Source: an uncultured Myxococcales bacterium (GTDB lineage Bacteria > Myxococcota_A > Polyangia > Palsa-1104 > JAEUJZ01). From it: a DNA stretch of 29,547 bases. Of the stretch, positions 28,076 through 29,547 are shown in pieces. The translations under genes and the position numbers were made by a program. The DNA is taken from assembly GCA_937952145.1 (NCBI GenBank), contig CALFYE010000446.1, positions 1 through 29,547 on the forward strand, in the 5' to 3' direction. Under the pieces are notes generated by a model, which made no database searches, was not told the origin of the DNA, and was given only the letters and a program-made list of their open reading frames with translations. Each line of letters begins with the position of its first letter. The stretch's first letter is position 1.

Positions 28076-29442
28076 TGACGAACCCCGTGTCCAGCCAGTC
28101 CAGCGACGGAAAAACCCACCTCAAAGTCCTCACGAATCTGTCCAGCCAAGAGGTCCGCGCGATGTCGCGTGAGTACCTGATGCCGGCAGTGTTCAACTAC
28201 TTCAGCGAGTCGCTGGTGCTGCGCCGCGGCTCGGGCTTGCACGTCGAAGACGCCGAGGGCAACAGCTATCTCGACTGCTTCGGCGGCATCTTGACGGTCG
28301 GCTTGGGTCACTGTCTGCCCGAGATCTCCGACGCGATTGCCGAGCAGGCGCGCACGCTGGGGCATACCTCGACGCTGTACCAGAACGAGTGGATCGTGCG
28401 CTTGGCGCAGGCGGTGGCGCAGAAGATGCCGGCCGGCAGCAACCTCAAGCAGTCGTTCTTCAGCAGCAGCGGCACGGAAGCGGACGAGATGGCGGTGATG
28501 CTGGCCAAGAACGTCACCGGTCGGCAGGAGATCATCGCGCTGCGTCACAGCTATTCCGGCCGCGGCATGTACGCGGTGTCGGCGATGGGACACGCCAACT
28601 GGCGCCCGATTCCACCGCAGATGCCGGGCATCAGCCTGATGCCGGCGCCGTACTGTTATCGCTGTCCCTTTGGCCTGTCGCCCAAGAGCTGCGATGTCCG
28701 CTGCGCAGATGACATCAAGGAAGTCTTGGCCACCACCACCACAGGGGCGCCGGCGGCGTTTATTGCCGAGCCAGTGCTGGGGGTCGGCGGCTTTGTCGTC
28801 CCGCCGCGTGAGTACTTTCAGAAGGTCGTGCCCGAGGTCAAAAAGGCGGGTGGTCTGTTCATCTGCGACGAAGTGCAGACCGGCTGGGGCCGCACCGGCA
28901 CCTACTGGAACGGCATCGAGCACTTCGGCGTGAAGCCCGACATCATGACCTTTGCCAAGGCCACGGCCTCGGGCTTGCCGATGGGTGTGACGGTGTCGAC
29001 GCCTGAGATCGCTGGGGCCTTCAAGGGCCTGACGCTCGCCACCTATGGCGGCAATCCCATCTCGTCGATTGCGGCGCTGACCACGATTCACATCATGGAG
29101 CGCGAAAACATCCCGGCGCGCAGCGAGCGGCTGGGCAAGCGACTGCGGGCTGGTCTGGATGCGCTCAAGGACAAGCACCCGCTGATCGGCGATGTTCGCG
29201 GCCTGGGCCTGATGCAGGGCGTGGAGCTCGTCGAGGATCGCGGCAGCAAGCAGCCGGCGAGCAAGCGCGCCAACCTGCTGCTCGATGTCATGAAGCGCCG
29301 CCGCGTGTTGATCGGCAAGGGCGGGCTTTACGGCAACACGCTGCGCATTGCTCCGCCGATGCTGGTGGAAGAGTCGCAGATCGATGAGCTCCTGCACCAC
29401 CTCGATGGGGCGCTTGGGGAAGTGGCGCAGGCTGCGATCTGA
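28076..29442 (+). CDS. Class-III PLP-dependent aminotransferase (omega-aminotransferase family)
   Basis: FICDEVQTGWGRTG, PLP-lysine region DIMTFAKATASGLPMG, and overall class-III architecture. Confidence 0.85.
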
Positions 29443-29446
29443 GGTG

Positions 29447-29547
29447 AGGGGGTGTTTACAAATTGGGCTGTGAATGCCCTTGACGCGAACGGGCTGCACG
29501 GCTGGGGCCCCCGCGGACGCGGCCTCCTTTTTTCGCCGGGGCGTCGA
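29447..29547. repeat. 5' (head) portion of the structured TIR repeat (GGTGTTTACAAATT...GCCGGGGCGTCGA). The window ends inside the element
   Basis: Conserved core matches 6777-6833 exactly. The 5' variable segment is ~70% identical to 6733-6776. Confidence 0.8.

Noticed and set aside
28012-29499. 495-aa ORF on the minus strand, antisense to the aminotransferase gene
   Set aside because: Arg/Ala/Gln/Leu-rich, low-complexity translation typical of antisense frames in high-GC DNA. The sense strand encodes a clearly recognisable class-III aminotransferase.

Overview
High-GC (~68%) bacterial chromosomal window. The gene content (sigma-54 enhancer-binding regulator, Kdp, GC-rich codon bias) suggests a Myxococcota-like deltaproteobacterium, but this is inference only. 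Three copies of a ~167-bp structured repeat with 10-bp terminal inverted repeats (GGTGTTTACA...TGTAAACACC) partition the window: the tail at 1-52, a full copy at 6733-6899, and the head at 29447-29547. Segment A (53-6732) looks like a mobile or accessory island. It carries a KRLP-repeat coiled-coil protein, a tandem XRE-HTH regulator, two paralogous zinc-ribbon proteins, a serine recombinase, a low-GC HNH-like nuclease cargo gene, and an Rpn/PD-(D/E)xK-like protein with a DUF4351-like C-terminus. Segment B (6900-29446) starts with a Kdp K+-uptake locus of unusual regulatory architecture: a sigma-54 EBP response regulator and a porin with an (ACG)~17 poly-Thr microsatellite sit divergent from kdpF-kdpA-kdpB-kdpC, a KdpD N-terminal/Usp-only gene and a separate HAMP-PAS histidine kinase, with a candidate -24/-12 promoter upstream of kdpF. 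Downstream are a GST, an AT-rich islet with a small lipoprotein, and a CrtI-family FAD oxidoreductase. Next is a 980-aa homolog of the eukaryotic major vault protein (MVP) carrying a Pro/Ala-rich insertion, which I rate the most interesting item in the window. A THUMP RNA methyltransferase, a compositionally mosaic vWA lipoprotein, a 13-bp x4 tandem repeat, an isochorismatase-family hydrolase and a class-III aminotransferase follow. No rRNA, tRNA or CRISPR arrays were seen.
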